Virus record (IMG/VR): IMGVR_UViG_3300022752_000032
Span: 39,450 to 103,449 of that record
Length of the DNA: 64,000 nt
Direction: 5' to 3' (one strand)
Origin: a virus
Taxonomy: Duplodnaviria; Caudoviricetes
A model generated the notes under the pieces. That model was not told where the DNA came from. It ran no database searches and saw only the letters and a list, made by a program, of their open reading frames with translations. Every line of letters starts with the position of its first letter. Position 1 is the stretch's first letter. This document shows positions 63,204 to 64,000 of this stretch, piece after piece. The position numbers and the translations under genes are program-made.

Positions 63204-63386
63204 TTACTTTTTGCTCTCAATGGCCAAGCCGCTTGTCAACATCTTGATATTGTTTAGAAGTTCGACAGCTTCGTTAGCTCGAGCCGTTACCCGTATGTGT
63301 TCAGCACGAGTTGAGCACAGAACTATGTCCTCCTCAAGCCGCTTTGCCAGGCGAGCCGCTAGTTCTTCTAAGTTGTTTATACTCAT
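63204..63386 (-). CDS. Hypothetical protein
   Basis: 60 aa, ATGA coupling; stop lies in the repeat core. Confidence 0.65.
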   Translation of the reverse strand: MSINNLEELAARLAKRLEEDIVLCSTRAEHIRVTARANEAVELLNNIKMLTSGLAIESKK

Positions 63387-64000
63387 GAGTAGGTTTCTTC
63401 TGAGCTTGCCGCTTCATCCTTTTTCTCAACGGGTGCTATATAGGCACCGTCTTTATCCATCTCTAGTTCAATCATGTGCTGTGCACCAGCGGCCAATCGG
63501 GCAAGCCGTTCTTTAATAACCTCATGTGGACTACGGACCGTTACATCCACGCCGACATCTAACTCCACGCCGCCTCGGACTCCAGCTCGGTCAAGGATCT
63601 CCGTCGATGCTTTTAATCTGACGGGTTCTGATTGGGCAGACTCCATTAGTTCCTCAAGGACATCAACTGCGTAGGGTGCAGATTGCAACAACTTCTGACG
63701 GGCCCGTTCGACATCTGCTCCAGGCCGTCTATTGGTACGAAGGTGGATACGACACAAGCCGTCATCTTTCGGACGCCCGCTACTCCAGAGTAGACATCTC
63801 AAGCCGTCTTGTTTAATGATCCGACATCTATGTGGTTGAGAGGCAGGGGCCCGTTTCGCGGACTTCGGCCCGCCGTTCTCTTGTTCTGCTAGGTAGGCAC
63901 GAGTCGCGCCGATAACCCAAGGGGGTGTGATTCGGCTGGCCTTATCGTCAACGATGAGATCTAGGCCCGTTAAGAAATCTGAGTTGTTGTTATCTGGTTC
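63383..64000 (-). CDS. Terminase small subunit-like protein with C3H zinc motif (5' end outside window)
   Basis: Frame open to 64000; RC...RC...LCRIH then AVDVLEELM...VRLKASTEILDRAG, typical of small-terminase-like proteins. Confidence 0.55.
   Translation of the reverse strand, partial: EPDNNNSDFLTGLDLIVDDKASRITPPWVIGATRAYLAEQENGGPKSAKRAPASQPHRCRIIKQDGLRCLLWSSGRPKDDGLCRIHLRTNRRPGADVERARQKLLQSAPYAVDVLEELMESAQSEPVRLKASTEILDRAGVRGGVELDVGVDVTVRSPHEVIKERLARLAAGAQHMIELEMDKDGAYIAPVEKKDEAASSEETYS

Larger units (their letters stand above)
43929..63214. repeat. Dispersed TTTTTACTTTTTGC element (13 exact copies plus variants)
   Basis: Exact 14-mers start at 43931, 45494, 47497, 48126 (inverted), 48774, 51264, 52400, 52957, 54384, 59516, 59547, 62845, 63201; variants near 43026, 45673, 49199, 53879. 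Confidence 0.9.

Noticed and set aside
1-64000. tRNA genes, integrase, large terminase, alternative genetic code
   Set aside because: No cloverleaf or diagnostic motifs seen; genes tile normally under the standard code using all three stops.

Overview
A 64-kb fragment of a large, low-GC tailed dsDNA phage genome, almost entirely encoded on the minus strand. The WhiB gene, the hexamer/pentamer-type capsid pair and the low GC suggest a freshwater actinobacterial host (inference). Three blocks are visible. (1) 1-5.7 kb: replication/recombination genes (AAA ATPase, Cas4-like exonuclease, SNF2 helicase, RuvC-like resolvase, family A polymerase). (2) 6.2-42.9 kb: virion genes, including a Cys-rich tail fibre, tail proteins decorated with a repeated ~70-aa beta domain, tape measure, frameshift-type tail chaperones, capsid, two giant mosaic head-module proteins (protease-containing 1730 aa; WYL/HTH/kinase 2087 aa), Dps and portal. 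(3) 43-64 kb: many small early/accessory genes with their own sigma-A-like promoters. The most notable unexplained structure is: a dispersed bipartite DNA element (TTTTTACTTTTTGC plus an AACAACTT-type box about 32 bp away) confined to 43-63.3 kb; a recurring hydrophobic-x-A-[A/S/G] junction motif suggesting the head proteins are protease-cut polyproteins carrying a kinase cargo; a candidate sRNA displaying anti-Shine-Dalgarno loops; and a CAAGCCG cluster around a terminase-small-like gene. All calls are from reading motifs by eye; no database search was run. No large terminase, integrase, tRNA or CRISPR array was seen.
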